Assembly (NCBI GenBank): GCA_905178155.1
Contig: CAJINV010000010.1
Coordinates: 124,001 to 188,000, forward strand
DNA from: Amoebophrya sp. A120
Lineage: Eukaryota > Protista > Dinoflagellata
Reading direction: 5' to 3'
DNA: 64,000 nucleotides
The notes below the pieces were generated by a model, which saw nothing but the letters and a program-made list of their open reading frames with translations, had not been told where the DNA came from and made no database searches. Below, in pieces: positions 61,920-64,000 of the stretch (positions are counted from its first letter, which is position 1; the number at the start of each line of letters is the position of its first letter). Both the position numbers and the translations under genes were made by a program.

Positions 61920-63587
61920 CTACTAGATCTAACTCCTGCTACCTGTGCGCACTCGTTATCATAAAGTTTTGCTTAGGATTTTAGTCATTTTTCGCCGGAA
62001 AAAACCTACACGAACTTGTTCTACAAGAGTTCAAGTTCATCCTGATGTGCTGCTGGTGAAATCATCATCTTCTTCTTCAGTAGGACGAATGTCGATTCAT
62101 CAATATAGAAAGTTGTCAGACAAACTACCAGGAGGTCGTCATGATCTCGGCTTCTACGGACGTCGGGGAGCAGACGAATAGGAATAGCACGACTCAGACG
62201 AGCGAAGAAGATCGTAACGACATCGTGATCAATACGTCCATCACGAGGTGGAATTATTCGATGACCCACGACCAACATTTTCACGACGACCCAGCTGCTG
62301 TGCGAGATGAACCCGTAAACGCACACCGAAATTGAGACGCCGATCAGATGCATGCCATTATCTTTTTTTCTTGGCGAGGCTATCGATTATCGTGATGGAA
62401 ACTAGAGTAAACGTCGAACCGCGACACATCAACGACCCAACACCTACCACAAAGACGAAGACGAGAGGTCGAAGCGGAGCGATAGCAAGCACGTCGGTTT
62501 TATTTTTGAACAGAAGTTCGAATGTTACTACAAGAAAAAAATGCGCGCCGGCTGGCATTGTGCCTGCTCATAGAGATCCAGCGTTTTTTCTTTTATTTTC
62601 GTTGTGCATTGGATGTCGTAAAGGTTAAGGCTCCAGCGTGTTCAGTTTTAGTCGTTGTGCACTATAATGCATTGTGCTGTCGTTAGATTTACTTGCAACG
62701 CAGCGGGGTGGAATCACCACTGATATTAGGTTCGTACATTGCATTTCCATTTATGTGGCTAGTCAAACAGGAAGACCTCGCAATTTTCGAAGCCGTTTTT
62801 TCATATTGATGTCCTTTATTGAAAAATTTGTGCAAGCACCCGCCCACCGTCATCTAGTCTTATTGAAAAACCAGAAGCCCAGCCGCCTACCTTCTAGCCT
62901 AAATCGGAAGGAGACATCACTGAGCCTACGTCCGCCACTGAGCAATGAGCTCAGTGGCGGACAGACACACACTCTATCAGGCGCAAAGTTCTATCGCCGA
63001 CTCCGACACAGACGGGCGCCTGACTTGGTCGCCAGGTCGGGCTCCACCGAGAAGGCCCACCTCCGACATCCAGGCTCCACCCTGAAGCCAAATCCCATCT
63101 ATAGATCAAGTGGGCAAGGAGATCTATCGGACGGCCACAGACCCACCTAGGCATCAGTGGTGAAGCCAGCACCAACCACACACACACACACACACACCTG
63201 CCCACTTCCGCGAAGTGGTCCGCTTTCGGCAGGTGACAGTCAGTGTGAATCAGATCGCTTTATCGGCTTGATGTAGCTGCACCAAGTGGCACAAGCTGGA
63301 TCAAGCCAAATCATTAAAAATTGATTATATTGTAAGGCGGTTTCGAGTTAATTTTTCATCGTGATGTCCTTATTGAAAAATTTGTGCACCGCCCTGCCAA
63401 GCAACATGCCCAGATTCGGCAGCGCCCTGTAGGTGGCCTACTTCTGGGACACCAGAGGGGAAGGGCGCAACCAGAATGAACTCCGAGCTTTCGGGGAAGG
63501 GCGAAAAACCGCATTACAAATTGCTTTTTTCAGAAAAAAAAAATTTTCGATTTCCCTTTCGCCCAGGAGGGTCGGCCATACCGTCGG

Positions 63588-63725
63588 CGGAAGGATTTCG
63601 GAAGGATTTCGGAAGCATTTCGGAAGGATTCCGGAAGGATTCCGGAAGGATTTCCGGAAGCCTCGGGAAGGATTTTCGCGGGCATTCCGGAAGCCCTTCC
63701 GGCGGCCCCTTCGGAAGGATTTTCT
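63588..63725. repeat. Tandem CGGAAGGATT[T/C] repeat array within a GC-rich, probably mobile, segment (~63425-63995)
   Basis: About 9 CGGAAG-containing units with 10-11 bp period. Element ends not established. Confidence 0.65.
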
Positions 63726-64000
63726 GTTGGCCCTCTTCAGGGACAGCTGTCGGCTGGCGACGCACTCCGCGAGCCGCGGGGCCTTCCACAAGCAACCCAT
63801 TACGGCCCGGCGGCTGCATCGATCTTCGAAGGCCGCGGGCCGGCCCCCTCCGAGCGCGGCAGGCTTGCTGGGAAGCCTGCCTCGGCCTTTCGTTAAGTTC
63901 GTTCCGCTGTAGTGCACAACACAGGGGGCAAGGGGGCGCAACTCGCCCGATTTCCGGCGTTGGTTTAAGGTGGCAATGGGGCGCAAGCCCTACAGCGAGC

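Noticed and set aside
1-64000. tRNA, rRNA or spliced-leader RNA genes
   Set aside because: None recognised by eye. A covariance-model search would be needed to exclude them.

Overview
This is eukaryotic DNA. The unidirectional minus-strand gene cluster and dense non-canonical introns suggest an Amoebophrya-like syndinian dinoflagellate (inference). Bases ~1.5-8 kb hold a decayed Ty1/copia retrotransposon (gag, protease, integrase, RT, RNase H) interrupted by a hAT-like MITE and followed by a palindrome. Bases ~8.7-62 kb hold about 11 minus-strand genes whose coding exons are interrupted by roughly 70-75 short elements (110-350 bp, counted by eye). These belong to about 10 sequence families. 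Nearly all have TAT...ATA terminal inverted repeats, a 5-bp target-site duplication (TSD) and a shared internal GCAT[G/C/T]ACAAA motif. Removing element plus one TSD restored the reading frame in the minus-strand genes wherever I traced it, so they behave as orientation-independent, non-GT-AG introners. The host genes are a bacterial-type GltS Na+/glutamate symporter with a long repetitive N-terminal extension, and a tandem family of at least 8 signal-peptide, single-TM proteins sharing a Q[S/A/D]DR motif; six of them also carry an NGQxKxKKFxERR...FQxxLDF-type block. No transposase for the introners is visible. Gene models were spliced by hand and their ends are approximate.
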